DNA of 64,000 bases from positions 42,435-106,434 of the forward strand of contig CBDCPK010000002.1 of the NCBI GenBank assembly GCA_965220195.1, written 5' to 3'. A program made the position numbers and the translations under genes. The notes under the pieces were generated by a model. That model did not search any database and was not told the origin of the DNA. It was given only the letters and a program-made list of their open reading frames with translations. Origin of the DNA: an uncultured Candidatus Binatia bacterium. GTDB taxonomy: Bacteria > Desulfobacterota > Binatia > Bin18. This document shows, piece after piece, positions 51,954 through 60,464 of this stretch; the stretch's first letter is position 1; the number at the start of each line of letters is the position of its first letter.

Positions 51954-52309
51954 AGATTCGCAGCTACCGGAGCGTCTGGGATGCTATCGCGGACAGTCCT
52001 GAAGAGGCGGCTCACCTCAAGCTCCGCGCTCAGCTCATGGATGCCATCAAGGCATACCTCGATGACGAGGGCATTACGCAGGCGGAAGCGGCCCAAAGAC
52101 TTGGCATCCCCCGTTCTCGCGTGAGCGAGCTGGTCAACGACCGGATCAGTAAATTCACCATCGACAAGCTGGTGGATATGGCGGCACGGGTCGGGCTGCA
52201 CACGGAGATAACCGTCAGGGGAGAGCAGCATCGTTCCGTATCGGCGGCCAGGGCGGTCTGGCCTGAGCCCGTCGGCGATACGGATGATCCATCCCTTCTT
52301 GACCGTTAG
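51950..52309 (+). CDS. XRE-family HTH antitoxin (HigA-like)
   Basis: ITQAEAAQRLGIPRSRVSELVNDRISKFTIDKLVDMAARVG is the typical HTH_XRE. Confidence 0.85.
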   Translation: MKIRSYRSVWDAIADSPEEAAHLKLRAQLMDAIKAYLDDEGITQAEAAQRLGIPRSRVSELVNDRISKFTIDKLVDMAARVGLHTEITVRGEQHRSVSAARAVWPEPVGDTDDPSLLDR

Positions 52310-52408
52310 GCCCAGCGGGCGGCGGACGGTATTCGCGGGGACGATAGCGCAGCCGAGGAATAGAACTACGCCCTGCGTGAGCGGGGCAACCGAACAGGAG
52401 CAACGGCG

Positions 52409-52777
52409 ATGCTGTACGAGTTCCCAGGCTACCATCACTGCGACTCGAAATGTGACGTGGAAATCGTCCGCGGCACAGGGCTGACGACACTGGTCATCTG
52501 TACCGAGTTGGAGAACAACCCCGGCACCAGCGTGACAAATGCGGCCGAGATTATTGCGACGCGTCTCTGCCAGGAAGACCCGACCATCGACCCCGAGGGG
52601 CTGATATGGGTCGAGCACTACCCGGAGCGTTCGGCTGGCCGTGGGCAAAAGTCCTACCCCGAGACATGGGACATGGTCGTGTTCACCCACCGAGCCGGTC
52701 GGACCTTCCGTCGTCCGGCGTGGCGACGTGTCTCGGCCGAGGAAGTGCAGACCATCCGCCAGAAGATTACGAGTTGA
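52409..52777 (+). CDS. hypothetical protein
   Basis: 122-aa ORF of ordinary composition. No domain recognised. Confidence 0.5.
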   Translation: MLYEFPGYHHCDSKCDVEIVRGTGLTTLVICTELENNPGTSVTNAAEIIATRLCQEDPTIDPEGLIWVEHYPERSAGRGQKSYPETWDMVVFTHRAGRTFRRPAWRRVSAEEVQTIRQKITS

Positions 52778-52848
52778 CCCTCACAGCCCAGGAGCAGGCA
52801 AACCGACACAGAGACCGTACGGATTAGGAAAGGCAGGAAATCGTGGCT

Positions 52849-53025
52849 GAGCACAATATCGATCCGCTCGGCCTCACAGACCCAGCCGGAAATCACGCCG
52901 ACCCCACTCTGAAACGAACCCGGCGCCAGGTTCCCCAACGTGGCTTGGCCCCAGACGGGTGAGGCTGAGAAGGCCGACAGGACAAACAGGGCAGCCGCCA
53001 TGAACTTGGCGCTATGGCGGGGCAT
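52849..53025 (-). pseudogene. 5' remnant of a secreted GVISGWVCEA-domain protein
   Basis: Signal peptide MPRHSAKFMAAALFVLSAFSASPVWG plus LAPGSFQSGVGVISGWVCEAERIDIVL. Homology then stops abruptly. Confidence 0.6.
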
Positions 53026-53205
53026 TCTTCGAGCCCAGCCAGGGAGGGCCGCATGAATGGCTGTAAGGCGGGCGAATCCCAAGGGCAGGGATACCGCCCG
53101 CACCATGCCACGCCGCCGGCCCCCAGGCGGTGGTGGCCAGGGGCTTCCATGCTGTTTCGATGCCCATCCCCCCTCGTTCAAGGGTGTCCAGAGTGTCCTC
53201 CCGGC

Positions 53206-53310
53206 TTAGGGCAGGAAGAGCAGGACAAGGACCAGGGTGACGACCACAATGAGGAACGCGATGGCAATCGCGTCGGCCCCTTGGGGATATTCCTTGGGTG
53301 CGTCCTTCAT
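53206..53310 (-). CDS. possible 34-aa hydrophobic peptide
   Basis: MKDAPKEYPQGADAIAIAFLIVVVTLVLVLLFLP with GGAGGAC 7 nt upstream. Below the ORF-track cutoff, so only weak support. Confidence 0.3.
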   Translation of the reverse strand: MKDAPKEYPQGADAIAIAFLIVVVTLVLVLLFLP

Positions 53311-53655
53311 GCTGCGTAGTCCTCCGGGGACAGCGGCGCCCCCGACCCCCTCCGGCCTGCCTCCCTCCGTCTGCTTACTCCATAATGGCCCGCCTGTCCA
53401 CCTTCATTTGACTAGGGGGGAGGACATATCTCCGTGCCCTCCCAGCGGACGCGGGTCGGGCGGGTGCCGGACCATGCTCACATAGCCGCCCGCCCGGCAA
53501 AGCGCGCCAGAACCGCTCCGCGAACCTGGCACGTTTGCTGAGGGCCTCGGCTCCAGAAGGCCCCGCCTGCCGGCCGCATCTCGCGCCAGGAAACCTGTCA
53601 CGGATGCTAAGGCCGTTGGCGGACTCAGCAGTGCGCCCTCCGGGCTTCTCTCTGA

Positions 53656-53694
53656 TTTTTTTCGGTCCGAGCGGTTGGTGAGAACCGAAAAAAA
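53656..53694 (+). repeat. AT-stem hairpin H2, copy 2 (upstream of ardC)
   Basis: tttttttcggt / ccgagcggttGGTGAGa / accgaaaaaaa. Confidence 0.75.
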
Positions 53695-53730
53695 TCATCC
53701 TTTGTTTTTAAGGGGAGAAGGAGGCGAAAA

Positions 53731-54627
53731 ATGAGCCAGGACGTGTACGCGAAAATCACCGCCCGTATCGTATCAGCCCTCAGAGAAGGGGTAGTGCCGT
53801 GGCATCAACCGTGGAACGCCGCCCAGGGCCGTCCACGTAATCTTATCAGCGGCAAGCCGTATCGGGGCATCAATATCTGGCTGCTGTCGGGACAAGGAGG
53901 CTCCCCATTTTGGTTGACCTACCGGCAAGCCGTGCAGATCGGCGGGCACGTCAAAAAAGGGGCGAAAGGCCAGACCGTCATTTTCTGGAAATTCCTGGCC
54001 CGGAAGGGCGGTGAGCAGGACGGCCGAGAGGACGGCGAGCAGGACCACAAAAAGCAGGCCGGCTACGCCATGGCGCGCGCGTATACCGTGTTCAATGCCA
54101 CGCAGTGTGTATTGCCGGAGGCATGGGCGGAGAAAGCCCAGGTGGGAGGGCCTGAGATAGCCCCGGCTCAAACAATCGCCGCGTGCGAACAGATTGTGGC
54201 GGAGATGCCGGGGCGACCGCACATCACGCACGGCGGGAATGCTGCCTTTTACCAGCAGGGGATTGACCAGGTGACGATGCCGGAGCCGGGCAGCTTCGAG
54301 GCCCCGGAGCTGTACTATTCGATCCTTTTTCACGAGCTGACCCACTCGACCGGCCATGCGGGGCGGTTGAATCGGGCGACGCTGGTGGACGCGCTCCGCT
54401 TCGGGGATACCAACTACAGCAAAGAGGAGTTGGTAGCCGAGATGGGGGCGGCGTTTCTGTGTGGGGTAGCGGGCATTGAAAACCGCACGGCAGACACCAG
54501 CGCCGGCTACATCCACGGGTGGCTGAAGAAGTTGAGCAATGACACGCGGCTGCTTGTGCAGGCCGCTGCCCAGGCCCAGCGGGCCGCGGATTATATTCTC
54601 GGTCTGGAGAGTCAGGCCGGGGAATAG
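53731..54627 (+). CDS. ardC: ArdC-like antirestriction protein (N-terminal ssDNA-binding domain plus zincin metalloprotease domain)
   Basis: ITARIVSALREGVVPWHQPW...GKPYRGINIWLL (DUF1738-type) and the HEXXH motif LFHELTHSTGH. Confidence 0.9.
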   Translation: MSQDVYAKITARIVSALREGVVPWHQPWNAAQGRPRNLISGKPYRGINIWLLSGQGGSPFWLTYRQAVQIGGHVKKGAKGQTVIFWKFLARKGGEQDGREDGEQDHKKQAGYAMARAYTVFNATQCVLPEAWAEKAQVGGPEIAPAQTIAACEQIVAEMPGRPHITHGGNAAFYQQGIDQVTMPEPGSFEAPELYYSILFHELTHSTGHAGRLNRATLVDALRFGDTNYSKEELVAEMGAAFLCGVAGIENRTADTSAGYIHGWLKKLSNDTRLLVQAAAQAQRAADYILGLESQAGE

Positions 54628-54720
54628 CCGCCTGTAGGCGGGCGGCGCAGCCGGGTCCGAAGAAACCGCCCCGCACCACCACCCCATGAACCGGGCGCAG
54701 CAGCCCAGAAGGAGCATCCT

Positions 54721-54969
54721 ATGAGCGTCTTAGCCATTGCCCCCGAGACCCTGAAACGCATGGCGGCAGCCATTCCTGTGGCAACCTACACGTGCCAGGC
54801 GTGCGCCCTCGCCGAAGACACCGACCTGTGCTTGGACCCCAGAGGGGAAGTGTGGGTGTGTGAAGGGTGCTATAGCGAAGCGGCCGAGCTGCACGGCTAC
54901 CAGGGCGCGCCGATCTCTATCAGCGACCTGCCCCGGCTCCTCGCTGAGCAGCCGGCCCCCGTCCGCTAA
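54721..54969 (+). CDS. hypothetical zinc-ribbon protein
   Basis: 82 aa with CQAC...CEGC. RBS agaaggagc. Confidence 0.5.
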   Translation: MSVLAIAPETLKRMAAAIPVATYTCQACALAEDTDLCLDPRGEVWVCEGCYSEAAELHGYQGAPISISDLPRLLAEQPAPVR

Positions 54970-55662
54970 GCCCGTCCCGCCCGGCTGGGGATTCCGCTCA
55001 GGCGAGATCCCCAGCCGGGTCCCACCCTTCAATCCGAGCGGCCCCCCCAGCGCGCGCCGTGGCCCTGGTTGCCGGGCGTAGCGCCCGCTGTTTTTGTCCC
55101 GCCCCCCCTGGGCGCGCGCTTCACCCCCCCGAGAGACACCCGGACTCACGCTGCTTGACCACCCTTCCGGCCCCCGTGCGCCGTGGACGAACCACCGCGC
55201 CCCCCCAGGACCCAAGGCGTCGGGCTGTTTGCGCACGGCGGAGCCGGGAACCCTCGGCCGGGGCGCTCGTCCCGGCGCGGGGACCCTGAGCGCGTCGGGA
55301 ACCCTCGTGCGCCCCGGCTCGTCCCGTTCCGCCATCAGCAGTGGCCCGACCACTCTTTACCAGGAGACCCCCCAGAACCTGCCGCGGGGGCGCGTGTCGG
55401 CCTGCCCAGGTCCGCAGGCCGTCATCACGCCCACGCAGCCCCCGGCTTCGTGTCCAAAGCGCCACCAAGCCACCCCCACGGGACAGGTCCGCCCCCGGCC
55501 CCACCCATCAATGGGCGGCGCGTCTCTCTCCGCTGGCGTGAGGTTGGACCCGCAAACCGCGCCAGAACGCGGCCCAGGGCGGCCACAACCTGTCACGGTT
55601 TCCGGTTTTCCACGCGCCTCCGTGATCGAAGGAAAGGGGGCCTCTCGGCAGGCTTTTGCCTC

Positions 55663-55706
55663 TTTTTTTTCAAACGGGAACGGGGGGTGAGCCGTTTGAA
55701 AAAAAA
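55663..55706 (+). repeat. AT-stem hairpin H2, copy 3
   Basis: ttttttttcaaacgg / gaacgGGGGGTGAG / ccgtttgaaaaaaaa. Confidence 0.75.
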
Positions 55707-55785
55707 GTGTTCTTGCGACTGGAATTGACCAGGCCATCCCGTAGCCGCCCCCGCGGTGAATAGCCGAAGCGAGAGGAGTGCCACT

Positions 55786-56118
55786 ATGCAGGTCAAACTG
55801 ACCACTGAGGGACCGGGCGAAATCTCGGTGTATGCCCCAGACATCGCGCAGACCGTCCGGTGTGTCATCCAGCGCGTTGATGCCCGCCACTGGCGGCTGT
55901 CCGCCCAGGACTGGAAAGCGCGGGCCTGGCACCATCAAGCCCTGATCGACATTTTCCCTGCCCAGGGGATGGCCCTCGTCCATGCCGGCGCCTTCTTGGA
56001 TCACCTCCGCCTGGCGACCCAAACCCAGCCCGTGCCCCCGGCCTGTTCCGTGTGTGGCTGGCGCGGCCCGCAGACCGCCGCCGGCACGTGCTACCAGTGC
56101 GCGGACCCGGATGCGTAG
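55786..56118 (+). CDS. hypothetical protein with C-terminal CxxC...CxxC
   Basis: 110 aa from the ATG after gagaggag. Ends CSVCGW...CYQCADPDA. Confidence 0.5.
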   Translation: MQVKLTTEGPGEISVYAPDIAQTVRCVIQRVDARHWRLSAQDWKARAWHHQALIDIFPAQGMALVHAGAFLDHLRLATQTQPVPPACSVCGWRGPQTAAGTCYQCADPDA

Positions 56119-56335
56119 CGCTGGGACGCCGCCCGCCCCGCCTGAGTAAAGGCGGGCCGCCCGGCCCCCGCTGGGTCCCACTTTGCTGGCGTGTCATCGA
56201 GTATCTCCGACACAGATTCCTGAGACGGGTAAATAGAACAGCTTGACGCGGTTTCCGCCCCCAGCCTGACCCGTCTGTCCGGTGTGTCAGCAAACGCACG
56301 TTTTCCAAGACCGGGCCAGCCACCTTGCCCGCGAG

Positions 56336-57004
56336 TCATTCATGGAAGAGGGCCGCGCCGGTGTCCTCGAAGTCTCGCTCAAGCACACCACAGGCTGCGC
56401 GACCACCTCCTGCACATCCCGCTTCCTCGCCGTCAGGGCAATAGGAGTCTGGATTCGTATGAATGATGAGTGCGGCCCCGTCTTCATCGAATATGGACAG
56501 TGGCCCGGCCGATAGCGAGATACGGGTCGTGAGCGTTATCAACGTGCCGCCGCCAAGCGGCTCGCCGTCTCGGTTGAAATCGAATCCCGATATATCGTCG
56601 ATATTGATATTGGGTAATTCTCCTGCGTGGTATGGGTGATTGCCATCCGGAGTCGTATTGCCATGACCCCCTGGATCGAAGTGGCCGCCGGCGGCACTAC
56701 ACGGTTCGCAGGCTCCGGTTTCGTGAATGTGCACGCCATGTTTGCCCTCTGTTAAACCGCGCCGCACTTGGATCACCACGACAACAATCTTGACCAGTTC
56801 ATCTGACGGGCGCTCCCGCAGGATCGCCTGTCCAATCCGCTTCAGTGAACCACACGTCCGCAAAGTAGCTTTCGCGGTTTGCTCGTCGATCACGGGAGTT
56901 TCCTCTTCCTCATCGACTTGAGCACTCGCCTGAAAACCCAAAAGACACACGAGCGTCATTGCCAAGATGCCACTCGCTCGCCGTATAGATTGAAGATATT
57001 CCAT
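56336..57004 (-). CDS. sodC: periplasmic Cu/Zn superoxide dismutase family protein
   Basis: Signal peptide, then GKHGVHIHETGAC, GGHFDP, HAGELPNI and ALIIHTNPD. Lower GC, on the opposite strand to its neighbours. Confidence 0.8.
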   Translation of the reverse strand: MEYLQSIRRASGILAMTLVCLLGFQASAQVDEEEETPVIDEQTAKATLRTCGSLKRIGQAILRERPSDELVKIVVVVIQVRRGLTEGKHGVHIHETGACEPCSAAGGHFDPGGHGNTTPDGNHPYHAGELPNINIDDISGFDFNRDGEPLGGGTLITLTTRISLSAGPLSIFDEDGAALIIHTNPDSYCPDGEEAGCAGGGRAACGVLERDFEDTGAALFHE

Positions 57005-57579
57005 GATTCTCCCCACGCCCGTTCCTAGATAAGTATCATCGCGGCGAACTATACCGGGCGGAGTGGAAGTGCACCAGCATCGAGAAGAAGACCCGAGCCG
57101 TCGCCCGGCGCTGGCCCATGGCTCAGGCGCTGCTCCAACCCGGTCGCCAATCGAACGTCATGGACATCTTCCTGCTCGCTCTTCAGCGCGCCTCTTGCCC
57201 GCTCTATGACACCAGCCTGTCTTGCCAGGAGTGTCCCTACTTCAGGCTGCCACACGGCGGGCGGCCGCGCCCACCGTTACAAAAATCGGCGTCCGGCACG
57301 GGAGCCGGACCGGCGACCAGGCCCGGCTCCCGCCGTCCCAACTCGCCGGTAGGCAAGGCTTAGCCAGGCCGCCCACTGCACGCGAGGCCGTCCCGGCAAA
57401 GCCGGAAGGCGGCCACCTGCGCACCCGCGCCAGGCACAGCCTGGCACGGCGGCGAACCCAGGCGTCCGCTCAGACGAAGACACAGCCTCCCTGGCAACCC
57501 GCGCCAGGCAGAGCCTGTCACGCGTTGCGCTGTCAGTCGGCTGCCATATGCGAGAGGCGCTTGCGCGCCATCCTCTCGA

Positions 57580-57618
57580 TTTTTCCCGGTCCGAGTGGGG
57601 GGTGAGAACCGGGAAAAA
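57580..57618 (+). repeat. AT-stem hairpin H2, copy 4 (upstream of HNH)
   Basis: tttttcccggt / ccgagtGGGGGGTGAGa / accgggaaaaa. Confidence 0.75.
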
Positions 57619-57655
57619 TCTTCTTTCTTTTTTCTGCTGAGAGGAGCGCGGGGCG

Positions 57656-58057
57656 ATGGCAAAACGGACACAGGGAATGAATTGGATCAGACGCGAAAAG
57701 CGGCTTGCCATCTACCTGCGGGACGGTCTGGCCTGTGTGTATTGCGGGGAGAGTGTCGAGACAGCCGCTCCGCTGACCCTGGACCATCTGCGACCCTACA
57801 GCAAGGGCGGGACGAACACGGCGACGAACTTGGTCACCGCGTGCCACCGGTGCAACAGCAGCCGGGGCAGTCGGACGGTCCGGGGCTTCTGCCGGGCAGT
57901 TTCAGCCTATCTGAATCATCACATTGGGGCGCAGGAGATCGAGCGGCATGTGCGGCGGTGCGCGTCCCGGAGGATTGATGTCCAGGCCGCGCGGACGCTG
58001 ATTGCGCGCCGGGGGAGTTGGGCGCAATGCCTCAAAAAGCAGGAGGGGCTGACGTGA
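57656..58057 (+). CDS. HNH endonuclease
   Basis: CVYCG...LTLDHLRPYSKGGTNTATNLVTACHRCNSSRG. Confidence 0.9.
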   Translation: MAKRTQGMNWIRREKRLAIYLRDGLACVYCGESVETAAPLTLDHLRPYSKGGTNTATNLVTACHRCNSSRGSRTVRGFCRAVSAYLNHHIGAQEIERHVRRCASRRIDVQAARTLIARRGSWAQCLKKQEGLT

Positions 58058-58194
58058 AGCAACTCAGCTTTTTTGACACGACCAGGGACGAGCTGGCCGA
58101 GATTCGCCGCTACGCCGAGCTGGAACAGCGGCTCGGCTTCACCCTGAGCATGAGCAGGAAGACCCTGCCGGAGATTACCGGCGTGGCGGTCTAG
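58054..58194 (+). CDS. possible 46-aa coupled ORF
   Basis: The GTG overlaps the HNH stop (GTGA). AGGAGGGG lies 5 nt upstream. Below the track cutoff. Confidence 0.35.
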   Translation: MKQLSFFDTTRDELAEIRRYAELEQRLGFTLSMSRKTLPEITGVAV

Positions 58195-58215
58195 CCACAG
58201 GGAGGAAGAGGCAAC

Positions 58216-58437
58216 ATGACGTGTGCAGATTGTGGAGCGCCGACCGAGATCATCAGCCGCCGCATTGGCTTCTTTGGCAAGGTGGATACTTACAGCCGCT
58301 ATTGTCGGCCCTGCCTCCCCTCTCACGCCAGCGAGGGCGGCTATACGCCCGAGGAGGCGCTGGCCATCTATGACGCATGTGTTGACGCGGTGAAGCGTGC
58401 CCAGGCCGCCCGTGCGCAGAAAGGGAAAGCCTCATAG
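58216..58437 (+). CDS. hypothetical zinc-ribbon protein
   Basis: 73 aa with CADCG...CRPC. RBS ggaggaagagg. Confidence 0.5.
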   Translation: MTCADCGAPTEIISRRIGFFGKVDTYSRYCRPCLPSHASEGGYTPEEALAIYDACVDAVKRAQAARAQKGKAS

Positions 58438-58633
58438 CCCGGCAACGGAAGCAAGACGGGCCGCGCTCCGCGTTGCGACTGCGAGGGAGTTTGATATGGA
58501 CCTGAGCAATGGGCATCTGAAAGCGATAGCCCCACGGGTGTGCGAGATATTGCGGGAGGAGGAGGGGGACTAGGCTCTCCCGCTGGTTGAGCGGCGGTCT
58601 GGTGGTGATGACGGAGCCACCAGACCGCCGGCA

Positions 58634-58762
58634 TTAGGACCCTTTGGCAGGAGCGTTGCCACGCCCGCCGCCCGACGGATTGCCCGTGGTTGAGGGCCAG
58701 TTCCCGCCCTTACTACTCCCCTTACCGCCCCCGCCGCCTTTGCCTCCACCTGATTTTCCCAT
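58634..58762 (-). CDS. possible 42-aa glycine/lysine-rich peptide
   Basis: MGKSGGGKGGGGGKGSSKGGNWPSTTGNPSGGGRGNAPAKGS, preceded by agaggagaaaaaacg. KGG-repeat-like. Weak support. Confidence 0.35.
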   Translation of the reverse strand: MGKSGGGKGGGGGKGSSKGGNWPSTTGNPSGGGRGNAPAKGS

Positions 58763-59760
58763 CGTTTTTTCTCCTCTCTTGGGAAATTTTGAGAGGAGGC
58801 ATACCCGGAAACGCCGGGTGCTGTCAACGGGACGCTGACCGTCACCATCAGGAGCCGTGTCGGGTCCCGCTTTCCGGCTCTTTGACGAGGGCCGCAAGCG
58901 GATTTTTCGCCGGTCATGGAAAATCCCCGGAACGGCCGTTTCCGCGTCACCCCGCCCGCAAGACAGCAGACCCCCCCCCGTGCCCCGCCGTGACCCTCAA
59001 GGCGGGCTTCCGCTTCTTTCTCATGCTCCCCCCGCCCCGGCGGGGCGCTCCCCCTCGTTCCGCCTGGACGCACCAGGCCGAACGACCCCCCAGGAGGAAC
59101 AAGGCGGGTCGGGCTGTTTTCCGCCTCACGCCCGGCCCTCGTCCCAGCCGGGCAGGAGCCCGCGCCCGGCTGGGAACCCTCGTGGGCCTAAGCGCTCGGC
59201 AGAAGCGGCCCTCCATGAACTCTTCACCTTCAAACCCCCATCCCCAATCTTTGGGGCGCAACCCCCTCACTCCCCCACGCTTTGGGGGAGGTTCGGCCCC
59301 CCTTCCTACTTGTCCTTCCCCCCTGGCGCGGGGGGAAGGACTGAACCGCAGCGCCCCCCAGGACGTGCCGCGGGGGTGGGGTGTCGGCCTGCCCAGGTCC
59401 GCAGGCCGTCACCCCGCCCCCGCCGCCCCCGGCTTCGTGTCCCAGGCGACACCAAGCCACCCCCACCATTCTGGCCAAGCCCCCCAAGACATGCCGCGCG
59501 GGCCAGCACGCTGGTGCCCAGGTCCGCGGCCATCACGCCCGCCCGCGCCGCCCGCCGCTCCGTGTACAGGGCCACACCGAGCCACCCCGAGCAGGAGGCC
59601 CCCGGAAGCCGGACCCGTCTCACCGCAGGGTAAACCGACTCAACCCACCGGCTTCCCCGGCAAAGCGCGCCAGAACCGCGCCGCGAACCTGGCACGTTTG
59701 CACAATGAGCGAGGCGTCAGGGGAAAGATACTGCCCGCCTTCGGCGAGGCGGTTTCTCGC

Positions 59761-59806
59761 TTTTTCTTTTCCAGGAGACAGGGGGGTGAGTCCTGAAAAA
59801 GAAAAA
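59761..59806 (+). repeat. AT-stem hairpin H2, copy 5
   Basis: tttttcttttccagga / gacaGGGGGGTGAG / tcctgaaaaagaaaaa. Confidence 0.75.
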
Positions 59807-59862
59807 ATGTCGGGTTTTATAGGGAAGGTGCAACGCAATCACGCAGAAGGAGGGAGAGCCCA

Positions 59863-60030
59863 ATGAGACCGCAGCCAGACACGAACATCCAGGGTGGGGA
59901 CCGAATGCGGCAAATGGAGCTGTCAGCGCAGACCCAGGACGCTGAACAGCAACGCAAATGGCTGCTGGAGAAGCGCAAGCCGGCCAAGGTGCGGCGGAAG
60001 CGCGAGCCGGAAAGCCTGAAACTCTTCTAG
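59863..60030 (+). CDS. small basic hypothetical protein (55 aa)
   Basis: RBS ggagggagag. Coding is supported by a protein-level-conserved pseudogene paralog at 44947. Confidence 0.5.
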   Translation: MRPQPDTNIQGGDRMRQMELSAQTQDAEQQRKWLLEKRKPAKVRRKREPESLKLF

Positions 60031-60062
60031 GCACACACCGCACAGAGGGAGGAGGGAGAGAT

Positions 60063-60389
60063 ATGGATAAGACAAATATTCGGGCGAAGATTGAAGCCCT
60101 AGAAGAGCTGGAAGCGCTGGACATGGAGCGGATCATCAGCCGCGCAGGGGAAGAGGTCGCAGAGTTGGCCGGCCTCGACCGCGAGTATGCCGGGGACAGA
60201 GCGCTGGCCGTCAATCAGATCCGGGTGCTCCTGGAGGCCGCCTACGACGAGGGGCGCTTGCATGAGGTCGCCAACGCGGAGGCCGACCGGAAAACCCTCA
60301 TCATGACCCGCCTGGAGGAGCTGGGCACCATGGACCAGACCCCCGCGGTCTGCGCCGAAGAAGCAGCCCTTGTGGCCGAACTGCGCTAG
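60063..60389 (+). CDS. hypothetical acidic coiled-coil protein
   Basis: 108 aa. RBS gagggaggaggg. Confidence 0.5.
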   Translation: MDKTNIRAKIEALEELEALDMERIISRAGEEVAELAGLDREYAGDRALAVNQIRVLLEAAYDEGRLHEVANAEADRKTLIMTRLEELGTMDQTPAVCAEEAALVAELR

Positions 60390-60464
60390 TGCCGACATCG
60401 AGCCCCGCGCGCCGGGGTTCGGGTGTGGGCATTGGCCCACCACCACACAGGAGGAGGGAGAGAC

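Noticed and set aside
53501-59701. Sigma54-like promoter look-alikes (cTGGCACGtTTGC, cTGTCACGcgTTGC) inside the H1 motif
   Set aside because: The GG-to-GC spacing is 7-8 nt instead of the strict 10 nt of the TGGCACG-N4-TTGC consensus. Several copies also have GT instead of GG. The resemblance is probably incidental to the hairpin.
58690-59796. 368-aa ORF, plus similar ORFs 49322..49792, 49401..49856, 55094..55690, 55183..55728 and 58857..59633, running through the repeat-filled spacers
   Set aside because: Translations are extreme Pro/Arg/Gly/Ala. There are no RBSs. The same DNA blocks are read in different frames in different copies, so conservation is at nucleotide or structure level, not protein level.
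49799-59866. Possible upstream ORFs starting at the GTG inside the GGTGAG loop of H2 hairpins. Two of them end in an ATGA overlap with the downstream start, at ardC and at 59863.
   Set aside because: The G-run is immediately adjacent to the GTG, leaving no usable SD spacing. The peptides differ in length (12-46 codons) and show only stem-derived similarity. The other three copies end at varying distances. The idea is worth noting but is unsupported as coding.
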